The translations under genes and the position numbers were made by a program. Of a stretch of 64,000 bases of DNA, positions 19,827 to 30,202 are shown in pieces. The stretch is from the sequence record SRR20825006_727, one strand, 5' to 3'. The notes beneath the pieces were generated by a model. That model was given only the letters and a program-made list of their open reading frames with translations. It was not told the DNA's origin and searched no databases. Numbering within the stretch: position 1 is the first letter of the stretch; each line of letters starts with the position of its first letter.

Positions 19827-20294
19827 ATGAAAAAAACTGAATCCTACGCGAATCGTCTGAGAGAGGTAATTCTGAACGGAACATGGATCGCAAATACGAA
19901 TTACAAAGACCAATTGGAGCATTTAGATTGGAACCATGCCGTTTCCAAATTGGAAGGTTTCAATTCAGTTTCAATGTTGGCGCAACACATTCATTACTAC
20001 ATTAACGGAATCAACAATGTGTTCGATAAGGGAACGCTTGAAATCAGGGATAAATTCAGTTTCGATTTTCCACCAATAAACTCTCAAAACGAATGGGAAG
20101 CATTTTTGACTAAATTCTGGGAAGACACGGAACGTCTTGCTTCATCGATAGAACAAATGCCCGACGAAAAACTGAGTGAACATTTCGTTGATGAAAAATA
20201 CGGAACTTACCAGCGAAATCTTGACGGTATGATTGAACACAGTTACTATCATCTAGGTCAGCTTGTTCTGCTAAAGAAATTCGTTTCAAATTGA
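19827..20294 (+). CDS. DinB-superfamily protein
   Basis: NSV..LAQHIHYY and IEHSYYHLGQ metal-binding His pattern. Confidence 0.85.
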   Translation: MKKTESYANRLREVILNGTWIANTNYKDQLEHLDWNHAVSKLEGFNSVSMLAQHIHYYINGINNVFDKGTLEIRDKFSFDFPPINSQNEWEAFLTKFWEDTERLASSIEQMPDEKLSEHFVDEKYGTYQRNLDGMIEHSYYHLGQLVLLKKFVSN

Positions 20295-20467
20295 CGTAAC
20301 AGTTCTCATTCGATTCGTCCTCCATCTTCCGTTCTAGAAACAAAGTCTACTTCTTAACTGACCTAAAACTATTCCCTTCAAAAAGAACACCGAGTCAAAA
20401 TTCTAACTACTATTGTTATTGAATAGCGACTGCTTTTTTTCAAATGTAGCCCCAAATATTTTTTGTC

Positions 20468-22462
20468 GTGTCAAGTTCAAATAAATCCATGAACCCTCTA
20501 ACACTCGGAGGAGTTTTAATTACAGTCGGAATCGTTTTTGGTGACATTGGAACATCTCCATTGTATGTTTTTCAAGCGATTACAGGGAATGGTACCAACT
20601 TTTCCCACGACCTCATCATGGGCGGACTATCGAGCGTTATCTGGACGCTAATTCTACTCGCCACAACCAAGTATATTTTCTTTGCACTCAACGCCGACAA
20701 CAAAGGCGAAGGTGGAATTTTCGCCCTCTTTGCATTGCTCAAAGCAAGAAAAATAAAATGGGTAATCATTCCAGCTTTAATTGGTTGTGCTACCTTGCTT
20801 GCAGATGGTTTCATCACTCCCGCCATATCCATTTCGTCTGCCGTTGAAGGATTAAATAGTATCAATCCTGACATTCCTGTAATTCCAATTGTGATTGCCA
20901 TCATTGTATTACTTTTTTCTGTTCAACAATTTGGAACTTCCGCAATCGGAAAAGCGTTCGGACCAATTATGCTCATTTGGTTCTTATTTCTCGGTTACTT
21001 GGGAGTTATGGCAATTTCTAAAAACACCGCTGTACTCGCTGCGTTCAATCCATATTGGGCATACAATATGATCGTGAATGTAGACGGTGGATTTTGGGTA
21101 CTTGGCGCCGTATTTCTTTGCACCACTGGCGCAGAAGCATTGTACTCCGACCTTGGACATTGTGGAAAATACAATATCCGTGTTTCTTGGTCGGCTATGA
21201 GCACCTTACTCGTTCTAAACTACTTAGGACAAGCGGCACTCTGTTTAACTCCCGGGTTTGAACTTGCGCCAAACAAAACAATCTTCTATACCATGGTTCC
21301 CGACAATTTGCTCTACTTCGGGATTGCCATCGCAACGGCAGCAACCATTATTGCCTCTCAAGCACTCATTACAGGCGTTTTCACACTCATGAACGAAGCA
21401 ATCAAACTCAAGTTGTGGGTCAATTTAAAAGTAAAATACCCATCCGAGCACAAAGGTCAAATTTACATTCCGTTTATCAATTGGTTTTTGATGGCAGGCT
21501 GTTTAGCCGTTATTGCTGTTTTCCGCAAATCAACCGCTATGGAAGCGACCTATGGTCTAGCAATTACTATCGACATGGTAATGACTTCCATTTTGCTCGG
21601 CTACTTATTGATCTTGAAATATCCGAAAGTCAAAATACTTTACATCCTCATTTTCACAGTTTTCATATCAATAGAAGGAATTTTCTTGCTTTCGAACTTA
21701 GGAAAAATCGTACACGGAGGATGGTTCACACTCCTGTTGGCTATATGCTTTTTCTCCATCCTGTTTTTGTATTACAAAGCACGAAACTTGCGAAAAACCA
21801 TTGCGGAGTACATCCCGATGAGAAAGGTAGTTCCGTTATTGAAAAAGGTACAAGCCGACGAGAAAATCCCGTACGAAGCAACAAATTTGGTCTATCCAAC
21901 CCGCAGTCCAAATCCCAATCAACTAGATGCTGGTGTATATTATTCGCTTTTCAAAAAACGTCCACGACGTGCAAAAATCGTATGGTTTATGCACCTTGAA
22001 ATTCTTAATGAGCCCTGGGGTGTGCATTATTCCGTGAACGAAATCATTGACAAACACTGTTATTACATTACGCTCCAACTAGGTTTCAAGGAAGAACACC
22101 AGATCGAATACATGATGAAGAAAATCAATCAAAAAATGATTGAAAAAGGAGAATTGAAGAACGAAAGTGTTTTTGATTGCGTGAATGGCGAATTTGACGA
22201 AGCTGACTTTAAATTTATCGTCTTGAATTCTCGTGTTGCAACAGACAATAAATTAACCCCATTCCAGAACTTGTTCGTGAAAGTATATCGTTTGATTAAA
22301 AGTTCAGGTTTACAAGCAGCTGAAGACCTCGGATTGGACAAAACAAATGTTGTAGTAGAACACATTCCTATCAGTGTGACAAAGCAATACAATTTCGAAA
22401 TAATCGAAGATTTCGAGGATTATTCCGACAAAACGGTGATCCAAAGAACAAAGAAAAAGTAG
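20468..22462 (+). CDS. kup: KUP/HAK/KT potassium transporter
   Basis: GIVFGDIGTSPLY, ADNKGEGG, DGFITPAIS, TGAEALYSDLGH. Confidence 0.95.
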   Translation: MSSSNKSMNPLTLGGVLITVGIVFGDIGTSPLYVFQAITGNGTNFSHDLIMGGLSSVIWTLILLATTKYIFFALNADNKGEGGIFALFALLKARKIKWVIIPALIGCATLLADGFITPAISISSAVEGLNSINPDIPVIPIVIAIIVLLFSVQQFGTSAIGKAFGPIMLIWFLFLGYLGVMAISKNTAVLAAFNPYWAYNMIVNVDGGFWVLGAVFLCTTGAEALYSDLGHCGKYNIRVSWSAMSTLLVLNYLGQAALCLTPGFELAPNKTIFYTMVPDNLLYFGIAIATAATIIASQALITGVFTLMNEAIKLKLWVNLKVKYPSEHKGQIYIPFINWFLMAGCLAVIAVFRKSTAMEATYGLAITIDMVMTSILLGYLLILKYPKVKILYILIFTVFISIEGIFLLSNLGKIVHGGWFTLLLAICFFSILFLYYKARNLRKTIAEYIPMRKVVPLLKKVQADEKIPYEATNLVYPTRSPNPNQLDAGVYYSLFKKRPRRAKIVWFMHLEILNEPWGVHYSVNEIIDKHCYYITLQLGFKEEHQIEYMMKKINQKMIEKGELKNESVFDCVNGEFDEADFKFIVLNSRVATDNKLTPFQNLFVKVYRLIKSSGLQAAEDLGLDKTNVVVEHIPISVTKQYNFEIIEDFEDYSDKTVIQRTKKK

Positions 22463-22463
22463 G

Positions 22464-22551
22464 GCACTCGAGCGCGTCATTCGCTGTATCCTTTTCCTCT
22501 CACTTCCAAAAAAGCTCGGAAGAAAAGGGATGCCGCTACTACCGCTAGTGC
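22464..22551. repeat. Structured intergenic element (repeat or ncRNA candidate)
   Basis: Nested stems: GCACT..AGCG with CGCT-AGTGC; TATCCTTTTC with GAAAAGGGATG; CTTCC with GGAAG. Confidence 0.45.
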
Positions 22552-22789
22552 GAAAACCTCTCAATCATTCTCATTCATACGATTTGAAGAGGAGAAGACA
22601 ATCAATCACTATTGAATCAGTATAGTCGTGTAACAACGAACAACTTATTAAAGTTCAAAAAAGTGGTCTGATTATTGAAATAAATACTTGAAAAACTTGC
22701 TTTTTTTTGTAACTTACTCTTAAAAGTGTAGTTAGAATAGATGTTGACAATTAATTTTAGCTAATTTTGCACCTTTAAAACAAACAATT

Positions 22790-22945
22790 ATGGGATTTGA
22801 TAAGGCCATTAGTAACTTGAAAACTAAGGATAATCGAGAAAAAATTGTGAAAGAAGAGAAGATTAAAAAAGATTCTTCTTTTAAAGTATTAACAGAATCG
22901 GAGATCAAGCAAATTAGAATAGAAAAATACGAATTCGCTCTATAA
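22790..22945 (+). CDS. Small hypothetical protein (51 aa)
   Basis: MGFDKAISNLKTKDNREKIVKEEKIKKDSSFKVLTESEIKQIRIEKYEFAL; TAATTTTG -7 element at 22762-22769 and A-rich leader; below the ORF-track size cutoff. Confidence 0.7.
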   Translation: MGFDKAISNLKTKDNREKIVKEEKIKKDSSFKVLTESEIKQIRIEKYEFAL

Positions 22946-22970
22946 TAATTTAGAGTCTAATAATTAAGAT

Positions 22971-22998
22971 AGCCGAACTTTATAGTTCGGCTTTTTTT
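22971..22998 (+). terminator. Intrinsic terminator
   Basis: AGCCGAACT-ttat-AGTTCGGCT followed by a T-tract. Confidence 0.8.
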
Positions 22999-23010
22999 CT
23001 GAAATAAATC

Positions 23011-23598
23011 ATGTTTAATAAACCTAGCCACGCCAAACAATTGGGATTTAAAAATTTCAAAGGAGATCCTGACAAAACACTCCCTGATAAAAGATACATC
23101 TATAAGACTAAAACAACCGACAACAAACCGTATTTGATTTACTTTGAGGAGTTTGAAACAAACTACATTTTCGTCAAATTCTTCCCCAGTCGTTATTCAT
23201 CGAGTGAAAAAAAATATAAAATTAGACTTAATGAAAAAACACTTCCAAATAGGCTCTTAGCGACAATTGTCAAGGTCGTTCGTGAAAAAATGATAGAACT
23301 TCCACACTGTACATTTGGAGTCTATGGTCAATGGGACGATATTGATGTCAAAAGAAATTCAACAAATAGTCAACGTTACAATCTTTGGAAAAAAATCGCA
23401 GTCAGTAAATTTAGCAGTGACCATTTTCACTTTGTAGTGAATGAAAAATACAACGTATTTCTTCTTATTCCTCGTCAAACATTCTCCAATGAATATGTTC
23501 ATCGCACCGAACAGTTATTTCGGGAGAGATTTAAATCCAAATTAGAGTATTTACCCGTCCCAACAAAAGAGGAATTTGAGAAATTTTACTGCCAGTAG
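23011..23598 (+). CDS. Hypothetical basic cytoplasmic protein
   Basis: 195-aa AT-rich ORF; YLIYFE..IFVKFF, KYK, FGVYG, QRYNLW. Confidence 0.75.
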   Translation: MFNKPSHAKQLGFKNFKGDPDKTLPDKRYIYKTKTTDNKPYLIYFEEFETNYIFVKFFPSRYSSSEKKYKIRLNEKTLPNRLLATIVKVVREKMIELPHCTFGVYGQWDDIDVKRNSTNSQRYNLWKKIAVSKFSSDHFHFVVNEKYNVFLLIPRQTFSNEYVHRTEQLFRERFKSKLEYLPVPTKEEFEKFYCQ

Positions 23599-23604
23599 AA
23601 CTTC

Positions 23605-25476
23605 TTAAACATACTCCGAAAGCTCCAACCAACGATCCGTTTTCTCTTCTAGTTCTTTCACAACAGTAGACAAACGATCACCAACGGTTTGGAATTCATC
23701 TCCGCTCAACGAACCATTCGAGAGCTTTTCAGTGAGGTCATTCTTCTCGTTTTCCAATTTTTCCATGAGGTCTTCCAGGCCATCAAATTCTTGTCGCTCT
23801 TTGTAGGAAAGCTTCTTCTTTTCTTTCTCCTCAACCTTGATAACAGGCTTCTCCTCTACTACAATTTGGGCTTGTCCCGCCTTCTTTTCTTCACGTAGCT
23901 CTGTGATTTTATTCTGGCGATACGTTGTATAATTTCCTGTGAGATCTTTAATTTCTCCTTCTCCTTGGAAAACAAATAAGTGATCGACCATTTTATCCAT
24001 GAAATAGCGATCATGCGAAACAACGATCAAACATCCCTGGAAACTTCTCAAGTAATCTTCCAATACGGCAAGTGCAAAAATATCAAGATCGTTTGTTGGC
24101 TCATCGAGAATCAGGAAGTTTGGATTCTTCATCAGAATTGTGAGTAGCTTCAATCGTCGCTTTTCTCCTCCACTAAGTTTTTTAACGAACTGGAAGTGCA
24201 TTGAACGTGGAAACAAAAACTTCTCGAGCAATTGCGCCGCTGACATTTGTCGACCTTTTTCCAATGGAATAAACTCTGCAATATCTCGAATAACATCAAT
24301 CACTTTTTTATCCGCTTCGCACACCAATTGTTGCTGGTTGTAATAACCAAAAACAACCGTTTCTCCCAATACTACTTTTCCTTTATCAACGGATTCTAAT
24401 CCGAGAAGCATGTTTAAAAACGTAGATTTTCCCGTTCCATTATTCCCTACAACTCCAACCCGTTCTTGACGCTTGAACATGTAGGAAAATTCATTGATGA
24501 TTTTCAAGTCACCAAACGCCTTACCAATTTTGTGCAATTCGAGAATCTTTGTTCCCAAACGCTCCATTTTAACTGGAATTTCCAACTCATCTTCATCGAT
24601 GTGCTGTTTGGCAACCTTTTTAGTCTCGTGAAACGCTTCAATTCGCGCTTTCTGCTTAGTTCCTCGTGCTTTTGGTTGTCGTCGCATCCAATCCAACTCC
24701 TTACGAAATTGATTTTTAGCTTTTCCAATTGTCGCCATGAGTTGTTCTTCACGCTCCGCCTTTTTATCGAGGTAATAGGAGAAATTTCCTTTGTATTTGT
24801 AGATTGTTTCGTTGTCAATCTCGAAAATTGTATCACACACCACTTCCAAAAAGTAACGGTCGTGCGTAACCATCAAAAGTGTTGCTTTCGACTTTACCAA
24901 AAACTCTTCTAGCCACTCAATCATGTCCAAATCAAGGTGATTGGTAGGCTCATCGAGAATTAAAAAATCGGGTTCAGAAACCAATACTTTCGCAAGTGCA
25001 ACACGTTTTTTTTGTCCACCAGAAAGTTTATCAATTTTTTTGTCTACGTCTTCCAACTTCAGCACAGACAAAATTTGTCGAACCTTTACTTCTGTGTCCC
25101 ACGCATTGAGTTCCGTGATTGCCTCAAATGCATTTTTAATCAACTCTTCATCGTTGAGTCGCATTGCACGATTGTAATCCTTCACCGCCTTAAGTTCAGG
25201 AAGTTCGTGCGAAAACACTTCTTCTAAAATGGTATTTGAACTCACCAGATCATCACTTTGCTCCATGAAAGCGATGCGTAAATCCTTACGGAACACGATT
25301 CTTCCATCATCTACCGGCTCTTGTCCAAGTAAACAACGCAAAAGGGTCGTTTTACCACTCCCGTTTTTTGCAACAATGGCCGTTTTTTGCCCTTGCTCAA
25401 TTCCAAATGTCAGCTTATCGAAAATTACGCGATCGCCGAACGTCTTTGTAATTTCCTCTACAGATAAATAATTCAT
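23605..25476 (-). CDS. ABC-F family ATP-binding protein (Uup-like)
   Basis: Two ABC domains (AKNGSGKT/LSGGQ/LDEPTNHLD and GNNGTGKS/LSGGE/LDEPTND), C-terminal KLSYKE coiled coil, no TM helices. Confidence 0.93.
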   Translation of the reverse strand: MNYLSVEEITKTFGDRVIFDKLTFGIEQGQKTAIVAKNGSGKTTLLRCLLGQEPVDDGRIVFRKDLRIAFMEQSDDLVSSNTILEEVFSHELPELKAVKDYNRAMRLNDEELIKNAFEAITELNAWDTEVKVRQILSVLKLEDVDKKIDKLSGGQKKRVALAKVLVSEPDFLILDEPTNHLDLDMIEWLEEFLVKSKATLLMVTHDRYFLEVVCDTIFEIDNETIYKYKGNFSYYLDKKAEREEQLMATIGKAKNQFRKELDWMRRQPKARGTKQKARIEAFHETKKVAKQHIDEDELEIPVKMERLGTKILELHKIGKAFGDLKIINEFSYMFKRQERVGVVGNNGTGKSTFLNMLLGLESVDKGKVVLGETVVFGYYNQQQLVCEADKKVIDVIRDIAEFIPLEKGRQMSAAQLLEKFLFPRSMHFQFVKKLSGGEKRRLKLLTILMKNPNFLILDEPTNDLDIFALAVLEDYLRSFQGCLIVVSHDRYFMDKMVDHLFVFQGEGEIKDLTGNYTTYRQNKITELREEKKAGQAQIVVEEKPVIKVEEKEKKKLSYKERQEFDGLEDLMEKLENEKNDLTEKLSNGSLSGDEFQTVGDRLSTVVKELEEKTDRWLELSEYV

Positions 25477-25478
25477 TA

Positions 25479-25955
25479 TTAACGAAGTCTGTCTAGTGAT
25501 TCTAACAACTTCTTATCTCTTTTAATTCCAATATTCGCTAGAAAAGTAAATGGTAATCCACAAATCAACAACAAAAATCCTAATCCCATTTCTCTTTTCG
25601 GAGCTGGAACATCGAGTAATTTATCGCCCATTGTAGAAACCAAAATCACGCTTACGATCATCACGAAGTAAAGTCCAAAAATGGTTCTTCCCAATTTGAA
25701 TTGTCTCTTAAGGTTTTTGTACGACATCATGCATACAAAACTCAGTAAGATTAACGCGATAAACCCAATAAAGATGGGCCAATTATTTGCTTTCACCAAC
25801 TCATTGGAAGTAACATCATATTCCATGATTCCATAGCTGCTGAATGTAAATCTGGATTTATCTCCAACAAAACTCACTATTTCCGTTCCAAAAGTCACTA
25901 TTGACAGCAGGATAATCACAATTAACAGGTAGATCGTTTGTACGCGTTGTATCAT
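25479..25955 (-). CDS. DUF4293 family membrane protein
   Basis: MIQRVQTIYL start, YKNLKRQ, IKRDKKLLESLDRLR end; -7 element at 25972-25979. Confidence 0.88.
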   Translation of the reverse strand: MIQRVQTIYLLIVIILLSIVTFGTEIVSFVGDKSRFTFSSYGIMEYDVTSNELVKANNWPIFIGFIALILLSFVCMMSYKNLKRQFKLGRTIFGLYFVMIVSVILVSTMGDKLLDVPAPKREMGLGFLLLICGLPFTFLANIGIKRDKKLLESLDRLR

Positions 25956-26335
25956 AATTTTGTCTTTGCCGCAAAGATAGTTTTTTCAGGTGATAGTGGG
26001 CGAACAGAAATGTAGAACTATAAAAATGACGTATGCAATACTCTTGGGAATCGAATGATTTAACGCTGCGACATATTTGCACTAAAAAACCTTTTGAAAG
26101 AACAATTACGTGTGTATCGAGGTTGAATTTTACAACACAATCACTTTTTGCTTTTCCTACATGAACATTGAACTAGATAGACTACTGTTAACGAATCAAT
26201 TATCCAATTCACAATATTGAAATGTGAGTTAACTCTTCGCAACAAGCGAGATAAAACGATACAACAAAACCTCGTGAACGCTTCTAAAATAAATCTAAGT
26301 AATGTATCTTGCCGATCTATCTAAAGGTGAAAATT

Positions 26336-28210
26336 ATGGAAGACAGTAAAATGCTCAATTATATTAAAGATGTATTAGAAAATATGCCCGCTAGTTGGTT
26401 GAGTCTAACTACCCATCGACTAGATATTTATGATGAAAAATTGGCAAAAACTCAATTCTTAGATCAGTTTGAAACCTTATTTAATAACACCGGTTCTACT
26501 TCGACTCTCGGAGAATCACTGAGTGAGTTACCAACGGCTTATGATTATATTCGATTAGGTCATCCATTATCGTGCATCTTAGAATGGACAATTGCGAACT
26601 TAAATGGCCTAAAGCCTGAGAATGTAATCAGTTTTTCATCGAAAACGGTTCCTGTTTTAGCAATTCTCAGAAAGAATTTGTTCGAAAATAAAAACACTTT
26701 AATCGCATATACAGGTGAATTACCAGATTGTTTTGATGCGAAAGCATTGCAACATGTTTACGGATATAAATTTGAATTAAAACACGTTGAAAAAGCAGAA
26801 GACATCTCGGAGTTTAACGGTAGCACAATCTTCATTTCACAACGAGATGAAATTTCTACCATTGATCTCAACTCAACTATTGACTTTTTCATCAACATTC
26901 ATGCTGCTCACGGAGATATAGATTCTCCCCTTGGAAGTGTTTTACTCGTAAATGGTCAGCAAAACGAAAATTATATTTCTGAAATTCAGCATGTTCGAAG
27001 AAGAGAAACAATTGCGATGACTCCATCTAATTGTCTTGCAGCTTTGGAACTTCTCGTGGATAAACCTTCTTTTGATCGTCAAAAAAGTAATGTCGAAGCG
27101 AATAAAACACGTGTCGTAGATTCAATTAATGAAATTACTGGAACAACTACGAAAGCACTTGTTGCTTCAAGTGGATTATCTATTCAGTATGCTATTTTAA
27201 TGGGACTTATTGACGATGCCCAAGAAAAACACAAAGGAAAAGCGATCAAAATTATAGTTCCACCAAACTGTTATGGAGGAACAAATGACCAAGCAAGACG
27301 TGTTGCTGCATGTCTCGACAATGTTGAAATCGTTGACTTACACGTTGATGGCGGTAATGATATGAATCAAAGTATTGATCTCGTTCTAGCTAAAATTGCT
27401 AACGAAGATGCGATTCCTTATATCATCGCTGAAATTCCAACGAATCCAAGAGTTGAAGTTCCCAATCTTATACAATTAAGAGATGTTTTAAGTGCGGAGC
27501 GCAAAACGGCCACTGGTGATATTGCTATCGACCCGGTTTTTATTTTAGACCAAACATTTTGTCCTAACGTGCTCTTTTTGGGCGAAGGTGAAATACTCTC
27601 AACTGTGAGAACGATTTCATTTGCGAGCGGATCGAAATTTCCAAGTGGCGGACTTTGTACTGCAGGTTACTGTGTAGGAAATAAGAAAACGGAAGCTTTG
27701 ATGGAAAAAATTGAAAAGCATCTTCTTCTTTGTGATAATGAGGCTACAGATCTTCAGTATGAAATACTTGCCAAACAATTGCCTTCAATGAATGAGAGAA
27801 TCGCTGGCGCATACAAAAACACGCGTGAGTTTGTAAACTTCATCAACGAAACGTTACCAGAAGCAAAAATCAATTTTGTTTCTGAAGAATTGGCTCAACA
27901 AGGCTTTACTCCATCGGTGTTTTCATTGGACCTTCCTACAAAAGGCGCTAATGATGAAGAAAGAGAAGCCTATAAAAGAGCTTTAAATCATAAGTTAATC
28001 AATTTAATGATTACCGAAATCCCTAATGAAAGCAAGTATTGTGTAAGTTATGGTCAGTTAAAGGGCTGTTACTGGACGATCCCTGCCACGTCTACGCAAG
28101 GAACGACGAAAGAAGGCGATAAAGACTATATTGCACGTGTCGCTCTTTCTCCAAATATGGATCTTGAACTTCACAAAAAAGTCTTTTTAGATTTTGTAGG
28201 TCAAATTTGA
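26336..28210 (+). CDS. Extended Cys/Met-metabolism PLP-dependent enzyme (cystathionine synthase/lyase-like)
   Basis: YDYIRLGHP, ASSGLS, CYGGT, EIPTNP, LDQTF, SGSKFPSGG (PLP lysine); about 624 aa. Confidence 0.8.
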   Translation: MEDSKMLNYIKDVLENMPASWLSLTTHRLDIYDEKLAKTQFLDQFETLFNNTGSTSTLGESLSELPTAYDYIRLGHPLSCILEWTIANLNGLKPENVISFSSKTVPVLAILRKNLFENKNTLIAYTGELPDCFDAKALQHVYGYKFELKHVEKAEDISEFNGSTIFISQRDEISTIDLNSTIDFFINIHAAHGDIDSPLGSVLLVNGQQNENYISEIQHVRRRETIAMTPSNCLAALELLVDKPSFDRQKSNVEANKTRVVDSINEITGTTTKALVASSGLSIQYAILMGLIDDAQEKHKGKAIKIIVPPNCYGGTNDQARRVAACLDNVEIVDLHVDGGNDMNQSIDLVLAKIANEDAIPYIIAEIPTNPRVEVPNLIQLRDVLSAERKTATGDIAIDPVFILDQTFCPNVLFLGEGEILSTVRTISFASGSKFPSGGLCTAGYCVGNKKTEALMEKIEKHLLLCDNEATDLQYEILAKQLPSMNERIAGAYKNTREFVNFINETLPEAKINFVSEELAQQGFTPSVFSLDLPTKGANDEEREAYKRALNHKLINLMITEIPNESKYCVSYGQLKGCYWTIPATSTQGTTKEGDKDYIARVALSPNMDLELHKKVFLDFVGQI

Positions 28211-28226
28211 CACTAAAAATAAAACA

Positions 28227-28541
28227 ATGAAAAAACCATCACCGGAAGCCAAAGCGCTTTCCCTTTTTCTAATGGCGTTTAAAAAGACAAATCCTAGTTG
28301 CAAGGAACATTCTAAACGCATCAACAAGCGATGGGACCTTTTGATAGCGCATGAAATAACCAAAGAAGATTACAACGAGGAGGTTGAAAAAATGCTCACA
28401 TCTTACGGAGGATATTCAGAAGTTATTGAAAAAACAGTTCGGTTTTACATCGAGAAAACAGGCGAATGGAGTTTAGAAGGAACTGACAAATATTGCGTCG
28501 ACGCTAAACAAATCGCTGATAAAATTTTGAAACAAAAGTAG
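28227..28541 (+). CDS. Hypothetical protein
   Basis: 104 aa, A-rich leader, 16 nt after the PLP enzyme gene. Confidence 0.7.
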   Translation: MKKPSPEAKALSLFLMAFKKTNPSCKEHSKRINKRWDLLIAHEITKEDYNEEVEKMLTSYGGYSEVIEKTVRFYIEKTGEWSLEGTDKYCVDAKQIADKILKQK

Positions 28542-28545
28542 GATC

Positions 28546-28923
28546 ATGATGAAACACACGCGCAGAGGAGACTTAATTCATGTATCGATTGAGAACATGG
28601 ATTTTTCTTACCGAATTCCGCTCGATACTCTTGGAAAAACGATCAAATGGAAAATAGGGAAATACGGCACGGAAGGTATTGTCCTGAAGAATGTTTCTAA
28701 ATGGGTACTTCAATTATTCACAAAACAACCGCTCGACGAAAAGTACCTCGAGGAGTTTAAGAGTATTGTCCAAAAACACGCTCTGAAAAATTCAATTGAT
28801 TGGAAAGAGACTCTATTGGCGGTCGCTGTTCAAATTGAATACAACAGCTTAAAATCAGCGGATAATGAATTGGAAGAAGACGAGATAATTGCGCGATTAG
28901 AAGAGAAATATAAACTTGCATAA
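28546..28923 (+). CDS. Hypothetical protein
   Basis: 125 aa, 4 nt after the previous ORF. Confidence 0.65.
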   Translation: MMKHTRRGDLIHVSIENMDFSYRIPLDTLGKTIKWKIGKYGTEGIVLKNVSKWVLQLFTKQPLDEKYLEEFKSIVQKHALKNSIDWKETLLAVAVQIEYNSLKSADNELEEDEIIARLEEKYKLA

Positions 28924-28945
28924 CGTCGGATACTTTTAACTGGAG

Positions 28946-30202
28946 CTACTCCGCTACCATCAACTCAAGACGACGTGACTTCCCCTCTCGTTCGACGTTC
29001 AGAAAATAATATCCTGATTTTAACTCAGGTAGGTGAATTGAACCGAAACTTCCTGCAACGTATTGGTCGGAAACAATCTTCGAATCCATACTGTAGATCG
29101 TAACTCGTGCGTTGTCAATCGTCTGATTAAAATACACATCAGCACCACTTTGCGCTGGATTGGGATACATTTGAAGCGTTGTAAATGGATTTACCTCATC
29201 AATACCCAATGTCTGCTCATGAAGCCTAACAAGTCCTTTTGAATAGGTTCCAATCCAAACATTATCGTCTGCATCTTTTGTGATCGATAAAATATGATCT
29301 TCTGGTAAACTTGAATTTACTGTTGAATAAAATGTAGATGTCGCGTTATTGCGCTTAATCATTAGACCTAGGAGTTGCGTTCCCATGTAGATGTTGTTAT
29401 CGACATCGAGCTTCATTGCTGTTAAACTATTCGTAAGCAACAATGAGTTGGACATATTGAATGAAATCCAAAGTTGATTTCCAGGATCGGTGAACAAACC
29501 TCCAGCAGAACCAGCATACCAGGGCTTTCCTAAATTATCAACTTCCACTTTTAGCGCCGAATTATCTGGAACACCGGAGTTTAAAACATAGTAGTTCGCA
29601 GTTATATTGGACGCATTGTCCATGTAGATCAGTCCTCCGTTAATTGTTCCGATGTACTTTTCGTTATTAAGTCCAACGCCTATTGACGCGATATTATTCG
29701 TTGAGATCGAAGAGTTTGCAGTGGTCCAAGTTACCCAAGAAGTATCGTCGAAACGTGTGAGTCCTTCGACAGTTCCTAACCATTTGTGACCAAGGTTATC
29801 AATGGATATTGTTTTAATGAAATTATCGGGAATGTCGGAGTTCGAATAATTAAAACTTTGAAAGGTCACTCCATCGTACTTGAGAAGTCCATTTAAAGTC
29901 GTTCCAATCCAAATATTATTGCTTTGATCAACAGCTAATGCCCGGATATAATTATCCCCAATAGTAGAATTCGACGTATTAAAAACTTCCCAAACGCCAT
30001 TACTTAGATGAGCTAGACCGTTATCGGTTCCAACCCACAATTCATTGTTATTATCAACTTCCAAACAACGAATCGTATTATTTGGGAGAAAAGAATTTGC
30101 TTCGTTGTAAACTTCCCATGTGGGAATGATTGTTTGTGCAAACAGACTAGTTCCACTGCACAAGTACAGTGAAACTAGAAAGTAAAAAGTTGATTTTAAC
30201 AT
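28946..30202 (-). CDS. Beta-propeller (Reg_prop-like repeats) protein with T9SS C-terminal domain
   Basis: Repeated NS.LP.N.I..L.VD..N..W.GT..GL units; MYPNPA...GYYFL. Confidence 0.88.
   Translation of the reverse strand: MLKSTFYFLVSLYLCSGTSLFAQTIIPTWEVYNEANSFLPNNTIRCLEVDNNNELWVGTDNGLAHLSNGVWEVFNTSNSTIGDNYIRALAVDQSNNIWIGTTLNGLLKYDGVTFQSFNYSNSDIPDNFIKTISIDNLGHKWLGTVEGLTRFDDTSWVTWTTANSSISTNNIASIGVGLNNEKYIGTINGGLIYMDNASNITANYYVLNSGVPDNSALKVEVDNLGKPWYAGSAGGLFTDPGNQLWISFNMSNSLLLTNSLTAMKLDVDNNIYMGTQLLGLMIKRNNATSTFYSTVNSSLPEDHILSITKDADDNVWIGTYSKGLVRLHEQTLGIDEVNPFTTLQMYPNPAQSGADVYFNQTIDNARVTIYSMDSKIVSDQYVAGSFGSIHLPELKSGYYFLNVEREGKSRRLELMVAE

Noticed and set aside
19827-20294. DinB gene as a fourth member of the caspase operon
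   Set aside because: It is only 30 nt downstream, but it belongs to a common stand-alone family and nothing beyond adjacency links it
21415-21999. 194-aa alternative-frame ORF inside kup (and similar nested ORFs in the ABC-F, aroC and S9 genes)
   Set aside because: Fully nested in well-supported genes and without motifs
26050-26092. SAM-II-like riboswitch upstream of the Cys/Met PLP enzyme (TGATTTAAC ... CTAAAAA)
   Set aside because: Two short motifs match, but I could not build a convincing P1/pseudoknot, and it lies about 245 nt from the start codon; Infernal against SAM-II models would settle it
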